This document shows positions 1 to 9,671 of a stretch of 64,000 nt of DNA, piece by piece. Made by a program: the position numbers and the translations under genes. Every line of letters begins with the position of its first letter. Position 1 is the stretch's first letter. The notes under the pieces were generated by a model, which searched no databases, had not been told where the DNA came from, and saw nothing but the letters and a program-made list of their open reading frames with translations. This stretch comes from an uncultured Lachnospiraceae bacterium (GTDB lineage Bacteria; Bacillota; Clostridia; Lachnospirales; Lachnospiraceae), in contig CANDFH010000005.1 of NCBI GenBank assembly GCA_947383945.1, forward strand, positions 22,791-86,790, in the 5' to 3' direction.

Positions 1-307
1 GCTTTGAAAGTACTGTAACTTTTATTAGATGCATCTCATATCCGCCCTTTGCTCTTGGTTCTGCCACAACCAGAGCATCCGCGGCAATGCATGCCTCCTC
101 GCAGAGCGTTTCCAACAAAAAATTTGACTCTTCGTCCCATAGGCATTGTTCCACTCCGTCCACTGTGCGCAGCAATACAAATGCAAATCCTCTCATCTTC
201 CGAATCTTTGTCACTGCGCCGTGCAGTTTCACAATCTGCCCCGCCATACTTTTGTAATCCGTTTTTTTACAATAATCTGCCGCCTTTACAAAATGAACCT
301 GTTCCAT
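1..307 (-). CDS. Class II aminoacyl-tRNA synthetase (Asn/Asp type), N-terminal anticodon-binding OB domain only; the gene runs off the window start
   Basis: Hand translation of the minus strand from ATG at 305-307 (RBS GGAGG 8 nt upstream): MEQVHFVKAADYC...GQIVKLHGAVTKIRKMRGFAFVLLRTVDGVEQ...GYEMHLIKVTVL. This follows the AsnRS/AspRS N-terminal OB-fold pattern (G.V.l.GwV...R..G...F..LRDg.g.iQ). Not in the ORF track because it has no stop within the window. Confidence 0.55.
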   Translation of the reverse strand, partial: MEQVHFVKAADYCKKTDYKSMAGQIVKLHGAVTKIRKMRGFAFVLLRTVDGVEQCLWDEESNFLLETLCEEACIAADALVVAEPRAKGGYEMHLIKVTVLSK

Positions 308-372
308 AAAAATACCTCCATTGTTTTTAAATTTTTTTGTCGCTGTAAGCGGTAAGCGAGCGTGCGCATATG

Positions 373-418
373 AAAAAAAAGACCACACGAGTATCTTGTT
401 CCTGATACAAGTGTGGTC
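373..418 (-). terminator. Intrinsic terminator/attenuator hairpin in the 5' leader of the aaRS gene (possible T-box-type leader)
   Basis: Minus-strand RNA reads GACCACAC-UUGUAUCAGGAACAAGAUACUC-GUGUGGUC followed by UUUUUUUU, about 70 nt upstream of the aaRS start codon. Confidence 0.5.
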
Positions 419-766
419 CCGCTATCTTCCACACAGGCACAGCACAAAGAGCGCATGCACCTGTGTTTTCCTTCACAGTTACATGCGCTGCCTATCGTCG
501 TCCCTGTTTACATTGTGGATGATATACAGCATTTTGCATTCCTCTTTCTGCCGTCAAAAATAAAAAACAGCCATTATCATACAATCATTTTTGTATTTTT
601 CCGCCAATTTTACCATGTCATTTTTTATTTGTCAAGATATTTTTCTGTTTTTTCTGAATTTTCCTCCAATTTTCTTGTATCTTTCTTCTTACAAAACATG
701 TTTCGATAAAAAAATAAATTTTTTTCGATTTTTTTCAATTTTTCTCTTTTCTTCTATCATAATATA

Positions 767-824
767 TGTTATAATCAGTCATGTATTAACCATTGATTGA
801 CGGGCGGTATATCCTGTCAATCAA
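767..824 (+). promoter_or_regulatory. Extended -10 promoter (TGtTATAAT, 767-775) plus a perfect 9-bp inverted repeat (TTGATTGAC-N13-GTCAATCAA, 794-824), likely the auto-operator of the XRE regulator
   Basis: Sequence motifs read directly; located 35-90 nt upstream of the XRE start codon at 860. Confidence 0.4.
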
Positions 825-859
825 AATCTAAATAGAAAAAGGTGACACAGGTGATCAAC

Positions 860-1072
860 ATGGACTACAAAAAGCGCATCCGTGACTTAAGGCAGGAAAA
901 CGATTTGACGCAGGAGTTTGTTGCAAGAAATGTTCTTGGCATCTCTCAGACCATGTATGCCAGATATGAGCGCGGTGCAAATGAAATGCCGATCAGACAT
1001 CTCATTTCCCTGAGCAAGTATTATCAGGTTACTACGGATTTTATCCTCGCTCTTACGGACAAGAGGAATTAG
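860..1072 (+). CDS. XRE-family helix-turn-helix transcriptional regulator (Cro/C1-type)
   Basis: ORF track 842..1072, trimmed to the ATG at 860. Motif LTQEFVARNVLGISQTMYARYERG is a typical HTH_3 domain; 70 aa. Confidence 0.75.
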   Translation: MDYKKRIRDLRQENDLTQEFVARNVLGISQTMYARYERGANEMPIRHLISLSKYYQVTTDFILALTDKRN

Positions 1073-1090
1073 CGCGCAAAAAAAGTAAAG

Positions 1091-1130
1091 CAAAAAACGG
1101 TGAACGTCTTTTGACTGTTTACCGTTTTTT
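1091..1130. terminator. Bidirectional rho-independent terminator between the XRE gene (+) and the GH30-like gene (-)
   Basis: AAAAAA-AACGGTGAAC-loop-GTTTACCGTT-TTTTT. Confidence 0.55.
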
Positions 1131-1202
1131 GTTTTATCTATCCACAGCTTGAATAAAAAATCCTGCTGTTTTCAATACATTCCGCCCGGTCAAAAAACAT
1201 CT

Positions 1203-2783
1203 TTATTTTGATAATACAACCGTGGTAACAGAGCCGTTTGTAATTGTAATTGGCTGTGTGTTCGACCATTCTCCTTCCAACACGCACTCCAAATCGTACT
1301 TATCTGAAGTTTCATAGACAGCGATATGATTGTATCCGTCTGCGCCCTCCAAAATAAATTCCTGTTTTAATACATCTTCATTGACAAACACCATCACAAG
1401 CTCAGCCGCACCAGTTTCTTCGTTTGTACCAACAAACGCTGTCGGCATCATTTTCTCCTGCGCTCTGCGCGTTGTTTCAAGCTCAACGCGGACATAGCCT
1501 GGACGGACGTAACGGGAATAATTTCCAAAACTCCAAAGTCTCTTTAATGCGCGGAACTTTTGAGTGCTCTCGTCGATATAGATCAAACCGTCCCGATATC
1601 CTCCCGGCGCAACCCCTACCCAGTTGCTCCACGAAACAACATTCAGTATCGTCAAATCTTCTGCAATCTGCTGTGCAATATGGAATGCGGAATCCATTGT
1701 AACATCCGACCCATTCACCATTTCACACCATTCGCTCATACGAAGTTTCGTATCTGGATAATGAATCTTCATCCAATTGCGGAAACTTTCCTTTGCAATA
1801 TTGTTTGACCAGTAAGAATGATTATCAATTGCATCAAAATGGGCAGCAAGTCTTTCATTTCCAAGAATTGCCTGCGTGTAATCTTTCGCCATTCCTCCCC
1901 ACTCTCCGCTCTCTGGTCCAGAAAGATGCAGTTTTGAAAGTAACTCTGGCCGCTTCTCCAGCTCATCCAAAAAAGCAAGATAAAGCGCCCTTGTTTCCTT
2001 TGCAGAATAATGACATCCCTCCTGCCCGTTATACCAATCCCACTGCGGTTCATTGATCGGCGATAAAAACTTAACTGGAATACCATCATCAATAAAATGC
2101 TCCACAACATCATAGCAATAATTTGCAAAATCATCATAATTTTCCGGCTGAATATTGGTTTTGCTGCCTCCTTCGCTCATATGAGGCAATCCGTTATCCG
2201 TCAGACGCACAAGCGGGCTATTGCAAAAAAATGTGACTTCTTCTACGCCAAGCTCCACTGCTTTTTTCATAAACCAAACTGCATTTGCATCTTTCGTAAA
2301 ATCATACACTCCAGGTTCTGTTTCAAAACATTGTGCTTTTCGGTGCTTATCCCAGAATGTCCCTGTTCTGCTCTCAACCGAACCAGCCCCCAAATTATAG
2401 CGATAAGCAGTCAGACCAATCCCTTCCTCCTTGTCAAACAACAGCGTGGCAATCGCATCTCTTGTCGCAGTGCCATTTCCGTAAGGATCTTTTGTAAAAC
2501 CTCCAACATACTGAGACCACCATGCGCTGCTTGTTCCGAAACTTTCCATCGTCTGGTATGTTGTCGTTTCATCTACCTTAATCTTATCATATTTTGCTGT
2601 GACATCCTCGGTTGGAGTTGGAGTTGGCTCTGGCGTCAGTTCTTCCTCTTTGGTTATCGTCGGAGTCGGCTCCTCATTCTGTCCCGAATCCCCGCACCCA
2701 ACTGCTGCAATACCAAGAACTATCGCCAATCCTGCTGCCATCCCCTGTTTTCTCCAATGCTTGTCATGTCCATAAACTTCCAT
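1203..2783 (-). CDS. Lipoprotein glycoside hydrolase, GH30-like (COG5520 O-glycosyl hydrolase; beta-1,6-glycanase/glucosylceramidase-type)
   Basis: Lipobox ...AVGCGDSG; motifs FGTSSAWW and SPINEPQWDW (NEP acid/base-type motif) in a TIM-barrel-like protein; RBS AGGAGA upstream of the ATG at 2783. Confidence 0.5.
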   Translation of the reverse strand: MEVYGHDKHWRKQGMAAGLAIVLGIAAVGCGDSGQNEEPTPTITKEEELTPEPTPTPTEDVTAKYDKIKVDETTTYQTMESFGTSSAWWSQYVGGFTKDPYGNGTATRDAIATLLFDKEEGIGLTAYRYNLGAGSVESRTGTFWDKHRKAQCFETEPGVYDFTKDANAVWFMKKAVELGVEEVTFFCNSPLVRLTDNGLPHMSEGGSKTNIQPENYDDFANYCYDVVEHFIDDGIPVKFLSPINEPQWDWYNGQEGCHYSAKETRALYLAFLDELEKRPELLSKLHLSGPESGEWGGMAKDYTQAILGNERLAAHFDAIDNHSYWSNNIAKESFRNWMKIHYPDTKLRMSEWCEMVNGSDVTMDSAFHIAQQIAEDLTILNVVSWSNWVGVAPGGYRDGLIYIDESTQKFRALKRLWSFGNYSRYVRPGYVRVELETTRRAQEKMMPTAFVGTNEETGAAELVMVFVNEDVLKQEFILEGADGYNHIAVYETSDKYDLECVLEGEWSNTQPITITNGSVTTVVLSK

Positions 2784-2994
2784 ATCTTCTCCTTTTTGCA
2801 GACAAGGCTGCTGTAAACATCAGACAAAATACAAAATTCTATATTCTGCCAGAAAGTCATGTTTTACAACAGCCCTGCTTTAACCTTTTTTTATACTTTC
2901 TGCACACTGTTTTTCTTTTTCGGCTTATATTCCCCGAAAAGCAAGGATCAACCGTATGCATCAAAAACTTCTTTTTGACCCGAAAAAATTTTTC

Positions 2995-3990
2995 TTATCC
3001 TACAAGACCTGAATTCTCCAGGTTTTCTACCAGCTTTCTCTGTCCGACCAAATAAACAATCAGCAGCGGAATCAAATAGACCAGTACGCCCGCCTGTTTT
3101 ACTGCATCAAACGCCATATCCGGCACAAGCGGCACATCATACCATACCCGCACCGCATTCATAACATAATCCTTATTTGCAGAACTAAATGTGGTGGAAA
3201 GCAGCGTACTCAAAAATCCGCCGTTCGGGTTAAAATAATTTGTGTAATAAGTATCGCCGTAGTTCCATACAAACGACAAAATTGCAACTGTGGAGATAAT
3301 CGGCACTGCATTTGGTATCATAATGCGGAAATATGTTTTATAAAACCCGCAGCCATCAATCAGCGCTGCTTCCTCCAGCTCCTTTGGAATATTTTTAAAG
3401 AACTGGCTGAACAGGAAAATAAACAAACTCTGATTTACTCCAAATCCAAAAACCGCCAAGATAACAAGTACAATTGGGTTGTTAATTAAATTAACCTCGC
3501 CCGCTTTTGTAAATATATTCATAATACCGAGTACATCAAAGTGGTTAAAGAAAATATATTGTGACAAAAGCAGCGACTGTCTCGGAAGCAGGAACACCAA
3601 AATAACCATAAAGAATACAACATTCCTGCCCCAGAAATTGATTCTCGCCAAAGAATAACCAACCATAGCGGAGAAGAAAATCTGAATTACCATAATACCG
3701 GTCGCATACAGCACGGATTTTGCCATTGTCATCAGTCCGTTTGGCAGAATAAAGCGGATTGCTGCTTTAAAGCTGACAAGGGATTTCTCAAGAGGCAGCC
3801 AGATTACATTTGGGTTGCCAAGCTCTTCAATCGATGACAACACAACTGGAACAAGGTTTAAAAGCGGCAAAATAATCGTAAAGCAAAGTCCTAAAATCAA
3901 CACGGTAGTAATAATCTTAAGTATTGTTTTTTTCGACCGCTTTTTAAACAGATATATTGCGAGCGATGCGTTCCTATCATTATTTTTCAT
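2995..3990 (-). CDS. Sugar ABC transporter permease, LplC/YtcP-like (CUT1 family)
   Basis: Multi-TM protein with EAA-like motif ALIDGCGFYKTYFRIMIPNAVP. Confidence 0.8.
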   Translation of the reverse strand: MKNNDRNASLAIYLFKKRSKKTILKIITTVLILGLCFTIILPLLNLVPVVLSSIEELGNPNVIWLPLEKSLVSFKAAIRFILPNGLMTMAKSVLYATGIMVIQIFFSAMVGYSLARINFWGRNVVFFMVILVFLLPRQSLLLSQYIFFNHFDVLGIMNIFTKAGEVNLINNPIVLVILAVFGFGVNQSLFIFLFSQFFKNIPKELEEAALIDGCGFYKTYFRIMIPNAVPIISTVAILSFVWNYGDTYYTNYFNPNGGFLSTLLSTTFSSANKDYVMNAVRVWYDVPLVPDMAFDAVKQAGVLVYLIPLLIVYLVGQRKLVENLENSGLVG

Positions 3991-4885
3991 TCTTCTTCAC
4001 CACCTTTCGCAGCAGCAGCATAACAACACCAAGCACGATCAGCACGTTAAAAATATAGACAACCGACAGCGCGGAACTGATACCGATTTTATTTTGGCGG
4101 AACGCAAACGCATACACTTCCTCCGCCACCGGCGACTCAATAAACAGCTGCACAATCGTATATACAATCACAAACAATGTGATATGCATAATGGAAGGAA
4201 TCGTAACCTTCCAGAATGTCTCGTAAGCTGTCGCACCCTCCATCTTCGCTACTTCGTAAAGGCTTGGGCTGATGGACTGAAGCGCTGTCAAATACACAAG
4301 TGTCTGAACACCTGCCTGCGAGATCAATGTAAAAATATTTTCAATGTAACTGATAATCGGATAAAGCACCCTCATTGGAACATTTAAAATGCGCACAAGG
4401 AATATGGTAATATAGCTGCCGGACACCAGCTGGCTGCCTGTATCCAGACTCTCTGTCCCTGTTGTCATAGTAAGCATTGAAGTGACAACCTCAATTCCAA
4501 GAATAATCGGCAGGAAGAAAATCAACCGCACAACCGCACGCCCTTTAAATTTTTGATTTGCAAGCAGCGCCATAAACAAACTGAACACAACAATCAGCGG
4601 CACGCTGATCAAAAGATTCTGGTTCTGTTCGGCAAACAACCGCATCATTGTTGTGGAGGTTGTTGTTACTTCTGTTTTAAACAGATCGATATAGTTTTGT
4701 ATTCCATTCCAGGAGAACGTCATACCGCCGCTTTCCCCGACGCCTACCTTATTAAAAGAGTAATATACGGTATTGATAATCGGTATCAGGAAAAATGCTA
4801 TAAAACCAATCAGAAACGGCGCTACGAAAATCAACCCGTTAATTTTCTTTTTTACCTGATAAGGCAGTTTCTTTTTGTTCTTCAT
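3980..4885 (-). CDS. Sugar ABC transporter permease, LplB-like
   Basis: Motif YLTALQSISPSLYEVAKMEGATAYETFWKVTIPSI; 6 TM. Confidence 0.8.
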   Translation of the reverse strand: MKNKKKLPYQVKKKINGLIFVAPFLIGFIAFFLIPIINTVYYSFNKVGVGESGGMTFSWNGIQNYIDLFKTEVTTTSTTMMRLFAEQNQNLLISVPLIVVFSLFMALLANQKFKGRAVVRLIFFLPIILGIEVVTSMLTMTTGTESLDTGSQLVSGSYITIFLVRILNVPMRVLYPIISYIENIFTLISQAGVQTLVYLTALQSISPSLYEVAKMEGATAYETFWKVTIPSIMHITLFVIVYTIVQLFIESPVAEEVYAFAFRQNKIGISSALSVVYIFNVLIVLGVVMLLLRKVVKKNEK

Positions 4886-4888
4886 ACT

Positions 4889-7537
4889 TTATTTCACCCC
4901 CCGAATCAGATAACTCTCAGCATCAAGCGCCGCGCCGTCCTCAAGTTCCACGCTGTGAAGATTATAATTGACGATAACCTCCACTCCATTTGCATAAGTT
5001 GTCTTATAAACGTTCTTTGCCAGACATGTATGTCCTGCAATTTCGTTTGTTCCAATCTGACTGCGGATATCTTCAATTTCTGTATACATCGATTTGATAT
5101 CGTTCTTTAAAAGATCGTACTGTGAAGAGTACAGATAATGATAATCTGTATACTTTAATTTTGTCACAGGCTCCGAAGTCAGAATATATTTCGGATAAGA
5201 ACCAAGTTCTGCCGCCTGCAAAACAAAATATGCCGCATTCTTTGAAGAGATATTGACATTTTCTGTCGTGTAGTCCACAAGACCGTTCATCACAAGCTGA
5301 CGGAATGGAATAGTATACAGAAATGTTGCGTAATCACTGCTCTCCTTCGAGACATCAACCGCAATGCTTCCATAACTGATGTTGTCAATAAACGGATCAG
5401 TAAGAGCAAGCTGACGGTCAGAAAGCTTCTTTAGATTTTCCTGAATTACCGCTGCGCCTTCCTCCCCGGTTATCATTTCATTAAAATGGTAATCTGCATA
5501 GTACATTCCAGCAAGATCTGTAACAGCCAACTTTCCGTAATCATTTGATTTCTTTAAAAACTTATCTGTTACATAGCTTAAATAAGCCGGTGAAATAATA
5601 TAATGCCCATTATGAGTAACGCCGCCGTACATCTCGCCGCTTAAAATTCCGACTGCTGGCATATAACGGTACATTATGACTTCATCATTGCCAAAATTTC
5701 TGACAGCATGATTGCTTGCCATAAACCCGTTTCCGCCTTCTGACACGTTCGAGAGAGCCACTGCAAGGTAGAAATCAAATCCTTTTTGCTGTGCGTAATC
5801 CATCAGTGACTTCAGCTCTTTTTTGCTGCCGTTCGCACCAGTCAAGGACGCTTTTGCGTTCATCTTTCCGTCCATTCCGCCGTTGAATGCTCCGTCGTAC
5901 TGCACTTGGTAATTTACGCCCTCAAGGTCATCCATAATCTTTTTCAAATCCTTGTAGCTTGTCATGGAATAAACCGAGTTGTACGGGATACCGACAAAAC
6001 GCTTCTGCAAAGAAACTGCCCCGATAAATTCCAGGTAAAGACTTGCCGCTCCATTGTCGTATTCCACCTGCATACCATACCGATCAGCGAGATACGTCTG
6101 ATAGTCTTTCGCCATATCAAAATACGTAACCTGACTGCCGTACATCTGATAGCGCACCGTACAGTCAATATCCTGCATTCCTGTCTGAACCAGATAATTT
6201 GCGGAATTTGTGCTGTATGCACCGTTGATCTTTACCCTCTGAAACTGGTTGATATCAAAAGATGCATAAGCTTTATTGTATTTGTAACTTCCCTCCGCTG
6301 TCCCGGCAAGCTTTACATTGATATAAGAATTGTATGCGCCTGATTCAATAATCGCCAAAAAACCTTTCTCCGTGTTGTCCTGCGGTCCGTAGAGCATACC
6401 ATAAATCGGCATCATCAATTCTTCGCCGTACTCTGGCATAAAGAAATAATCTTTGTAAAAATCATTGTCGTACACTGGCCGCTCATAGTCCTTAATGCTC
6501 GGCTGATTGCTGTTAAACGCAAACAGAGCACCTGCGCCGTCCGGCACAAGAATATAGCCGTCCGCATAATCTGCCGCCGCTGCCGCGCCAAAGTTCGGCA
6601 AAAATTTTACATTCTGGATGCTGTAGAAGTCATTGTTTGATACCATTGCCCCTGCTGGCATTCTCACAACAAGCTCGCCGTCCTGCAATGTAACCTCGAC
6701 TGTGATATCAAAATTTGCCGGCTCTGTAAAAGTTACAGTAAAACCAAACTGATCCGCATCCTCCATCAACATATCCTGCGTATATCCAACTACCTTTACA
6801 ATTTCAAGCATCTGTTTTACAGCGCTGACTGGCGGCGTGCCGGTGTAAGTCACTGCATAACACTCTTCCATAATACTTCTGGCATACACAAGACCAAGTG
6901 TCATTATGTATCTCTGCTTTTGTATGGAAGTGATTGTTCCCGCTTCCTGCGCCTTTGTAAGTCCGCCGACAAAGAATTCCTCATATCGCTCAATGGACAT
7001 TTTCTTTGGACAGTACTCATAAAAACGCTGTGATTCTCCCTCGTTGAAATTCATGAAAATACGGATGCCGTCCTTTATGCGCTGCATATTATAAGAACCG
7101 AGCGCCACGCTGTTATCATAAGAATTCCACTCGCCTAAATTGTTGTCCTCCCCCAAATACTGCACGGAAAGCAGCGCCTTCTCACTGCCTTCCTCCGCGC
7201 TTGCAGCCCCGGAAGTAAGGGTTGTTCCTGTCGCCTTATCCACCAGTTCCAAAATCATGGTTTCAGTGGAAAAATATAATTCTTTTCCTCCGTTTTCCGC
7301 AACCAGAATACGCCCTTCTTCCTTTGCAATCTCGCCAAGTGATTCGGAGAGCGGTTTGCTTTTCACATCTGGAAGCTTTTCTTTTTTGACAAACAGCACC
7401 GGGATCATGCAGATTATGCCAATCACCAGCGCAGCACACAAAATTGTAAGAAACAGTTTGCGGATGATATGTTTGGAGTAGAAGCGCCGGATCGCTTGAA
7501 CCATTTTATTTCCTTCTAAGTTTTTTAAAAAATTCAT
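4889..7537 (-). CDS. Large extracytoplasmic protein with a single N-terminal TM anchor (DUF5696-like by recollection); function unknown
   Basis: 882 aa with one N-terminal TM (LFLTILCAALVIGIICMIPVLFV) and no recognisable catalytic motif; embedded in the sugar ABC operon next to a YIP1-like gene. Confidence 0.45.
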   Translation of the reverse strand: MNFLKNLEGNKMVQAIRRFYSKHIIRKLFLTILCAALVIGIICMIPVLFVKKEKLPDVKSKPLSESLGEIAKEEGRILVAENGGKELYFSTETMILELVDKATGTTLTSGAASAEEGSEKALLSVQYLGEDNNLGEWNSYDNSVALGSYNMQRIKDGIRIFMNFNEGESQRFYEYCPKKMSIERYEEFFVGGLTKAQEAGTITSIQKQRYIMTLGLVYARSIMEECYAVTYTGTPPVSAVKQMLEIVKVVGYTQDMLMEDADQFGFTVTFTEPANFDITVEVTLQDGELVVRMPAGAMVSNNDFYSIQNVKFLPNFGAAAAADYADGYILVPDGAGALFAFNSNQPSIKDYERPVYDNDFYKDYFFMPEYGEELMMPIYGMLYGPQDNTEKGFLAIIESGAYNSYINVKLAGTAEGSYKYNKAYASFDINQFQRVKINGAYSTNSANYLVQTGMQDIDCTVRYQMYGSQVTYFDMAKDYQTYLADRYGMQVEYDNGAASLYLEFIGAVSLQKRFVGIPYNSVYSMTSYKDLKKIMDDLEGVNYQVQYDGAFNGGMDGKMNAKASLTGANGSKKELKSLMDYAQQKGFDFYLAVALSNVSEGGNGFMASNHAVRNFGNDEVIMYRYMPAVGILSGEMYGGVTHNGHYIISPAYLSYVTDKFLKKSNDYGKLAVTDLAGMYYADYHFNEMITGEEGAAVIQENLKKLSDRQLALTDPFIDNISYGSIAVDVSKESSDYATFLYTIPFRQLVMNGLVDYTTENVNISSKNAAYFVLQAAELGSYPKYILTSEPVTKLKYTDYHYLYSSQYDLLKNDIKSMYTEIEDIRSQIGTNEIAGHTCLAKNVYKTTYANGVEVIVNYNLHSVELEDGAALDAESYLIRGVK

Positions 7538-7553
7538 TGTTGGCGCCTCCCTT

Positions 7554-8183
7554 CTACATTCTTCGGATCATTTCCTGCGCGACGGAGACAATAAACGAGA
7601 TCATCTGCTCGATCAGCGTAAAGAAAAGCATTCCGATAAATACAATAATAATCGCCGCGATAAAGGTTAGAAAAATCGCTGCTGCATTTTTGCCGAACGT
7701 GTATTCATGAATCGTCAAAAGCCCTGCTACCAGCATAAAGATCGACCATACCAGACCGAGAGAAACAATAACATTTAAAATCATTGCTTCTTCGAGAATA
7801 ATAAAATTACTTGCAAAAATCTTGATAATAACACCGACCATATAGGGAACCAGCGAATAGCCAAGCACCGTAATAATTGCAGGCAGATTGCCGCTGCCGT
7901 TCAACAGTGTTGTCACCGTCCAGTTGCTGACGGCAAAAAGCACAAGCACAAGCACGGTGGTCGAAAAGATCGAGAGGCTGTTCATTGTTTCCAGCTCATT
8001 TGTATTCATAATAAATCCGGTATATTGATACTCAACACAGCGCAGGATGCCAAAAATCATCAAAAGCAATATCGCTAACAGTGCGCTGCCTCTCCCACGG
8101 AAACGAATCTCATAAAATCCGTCAAAGGGATGGAAAATCGAGCATTTCAGATAATAAAGTTTCTCACTCAGCTCTGTTTTCAA
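7554..8183 (-). CDS. YIP1-family multi-pass membrane protein
   Basis: 209 aa with about 5 TM helices; size and topology typical of the Yip1 domain; conserved neighbour of DUF5696 genes. Confidence 0.5.
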   Translation of the reverse strand: MKTELSEKLYYLKCSIFHPFDGFYEIRFRGRGSALLAILLLMIFGILRCVEYQYTGFIMNTNELETMNSLSIFSTTVLVLVLFAVSNWTVTTLLNGSGNLPAIITVLGYSLVPYMVGVIIKIFASNFIILEEAMILNVIVSLGLVWSIFMLVAGLLTIHEYTFGKNAAAIFLTFIAAIIIVFIGMLFFTLIEQMISFIVSVAQEMIRRM

Positions 8184-9661
8184 TTCTTCTTCCCCCCTTT
8201 CTTATGGTAGCGGACTTCTGTAAAAATCATCCAGCCAATCAAAAGGACAAAAATAATCATAATCACCGGAAAATATTTTTCAAGCATCTCACTGCGGTAG
8301 CCATTGTAAGCTTTCGAATAGAAATTCCGGTTCTGACCAAGTTTGAAATACTCCATCGCTTTTTTGTACTCGCTCTTCATCAGATAGTTTTTCCCGATAC
8401 CGCTGTACGCCACATCGTAATTTACATTCAAGTTAATCGCTTTCTCAAAATGCACAAGAGCGTCGTCCCATCTTCCGTTGTAATAGCAGCGGTTTCCGTC
8501 AAGCACCGCCTGACCAAACTTTGTCGGAGCCATAATATAGGCACATTTTAAAGTTTTATCACTCACGACAAGCTTATCGCCAAGCCAGGCAATACCGGAT
8601 GGATCTTTAAACTCTCCCTTAAGATTTCCGAGTGTTCCGAATACATTGAGCAGCTCGCCGTCGAAATTGTAGAGAAATATTCTTCCATGGCTGCGGTCAA
8701 TCAGCGCGTAAGTGCCGTAATCTGTCACTGCGATATCGACAAAACGGCTTCCGTTATCGTCGCTGTGGATGCTCCAAAGCTCGCCGGTAACAGGAGTATT
8801 TCCTTCCTCGCGCAGTACGTTTCCGCCCTTTGAATTTAGACGAAACACCATATCTGCCGCAGAAGAATCATAAGTAACCGCCATAATAAACCCTTCGCCG
8901 TCCAACGTAATATTGTTAAATGCCGGCGCATAAGTTTTTGACATCTGCTCCTTCTGCTCGTCGCTCGCCAGCGACTTCCAGAAATAATCAATCAAGCTCA
9001 CCCGCGGCGTATTGACGCCGTAATACCCGGAGAAACTTCCGTCTGCCGTCAGCTCAATAATTCCTTCATAGCTGGACTGAACAATTACATAAATACGATC
9101 CGCCAAGTCAACAGCAAGCTTTGACGGCTTAAACTGCGCCGCACCGGTCAGATTGTCTGGCTGTTTGATCATGCGCTTTAAAGAATAGTTGTCAAGATCA
9201 AGCACCAGAATCCGCGCCGCGCCGGTATCTGCAATATACAACTCGCGGTTTTTCTCATGGACGAACACGCCCTCTGGAGAAGTCAGCATAATCTGATTGC
9301 CGTTCTCGTCCAGTGCAATTTTATTATCCGCATTGCGGATCAGCTTTAGATTCGCAAGCAGCTTTCCGTTGGAATCCAGTGCAAAAACTCTGCTTTCTGT
9401 AGCATCCACAAGAAAAATTCTGCCGTCCTTGCTTGTGCATACATCGTCCACGCTGCCGAGTTTCGCGCCGTCGAGGTTCTCCTGACTGATCGTGCGCTCC
9501 AGCTGAAACGCTGCTGGACTCTCTTTCACATTTGCCCAAAAATCATACGTATAGCCGTCATAGACATAGCTGCTGCCATCCGACGCCAAAGCTCTTACTG
9601 GCAGCGCGAGCAGAATGAATACAAAGGTAATACCGATGATTCGTCTTATTTTTTTATTCAT
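8180..9661 (-). CDS. Secreted NHL-repeat beta-propeller protein with C-terminal TPR motif and C-terminal TM anchor
   Basis: Signal peptide; repeated NHL-like blades (ELYIADTGAARILVLD, RIYVIVQSSYEGIIEL and others); TPR-like AINLNVNYDVAYSGIGKNYLMKSEYKKAMEYF; terminal hydrophobic helix. Confidence 0.55.
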   Translation of the reverse strand: MNKKIRRIIGITFVFILLALPVRALASDGSSYVYDGYTYDFWANVKESPAAFQLERTISQENLDGAKLGSVDDVCTSKDGRIFLVDATESRVFALDSNGKLLANLKLIRNADNKIALDENGNQIMLTSPEGVFVHEKNRELYIADTGAARILVLDLDNYSLKRMIKQPDNLTGAAQFKPSKLAVDLADRIYVIVQSSYEGIIELTADGSFSGYYGVNTPRVSLIDYFWKSLASDEQKEQMSKTYAPAFNNITLDGEGFIMAVTYDSSAADMVFRLNSKGGNVLREEGNTPVTGELWSIHSDDNGSRFVDIAVTDYGTYALIDRSHGRIFLYNFDGELLNVFGTLGNLKGEFKDPSGIAWLGDKLVVSDKTLKCAYIMAPTKFGQAVLDGNRCYYNGRWDDALVHFEKAINLNVNYDVAYSGIGKNYLMKSEYKKAMEYFKLGQNRNFYSKAYNGYRSEMLEKYFPVIMIIFVLLIGWMIFTEVRYHKKGGKKN

Positions 9662-9671
9662 GCTGTATCAC

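Noticed and set aside
49-800. Several short plus-strand ORFs in the AT-rich 308-840 region
   Set aside because: Low-complexity Phe/Ile/Leu-rich translations of AT-rich intergenic DNA. The region is better explained as the aaRS leader plus the XRE promoter.
2097-2816. Plus-strand 239-aa ORF and other antisense ORFs inside the GH30-like, DUF5696-like, FtsX permease and MVP genes
   Set aside because: They overlap stronger same-locus genes on the opposite strand, lack RBS, and have implausible Cys/Arg-rich composition.
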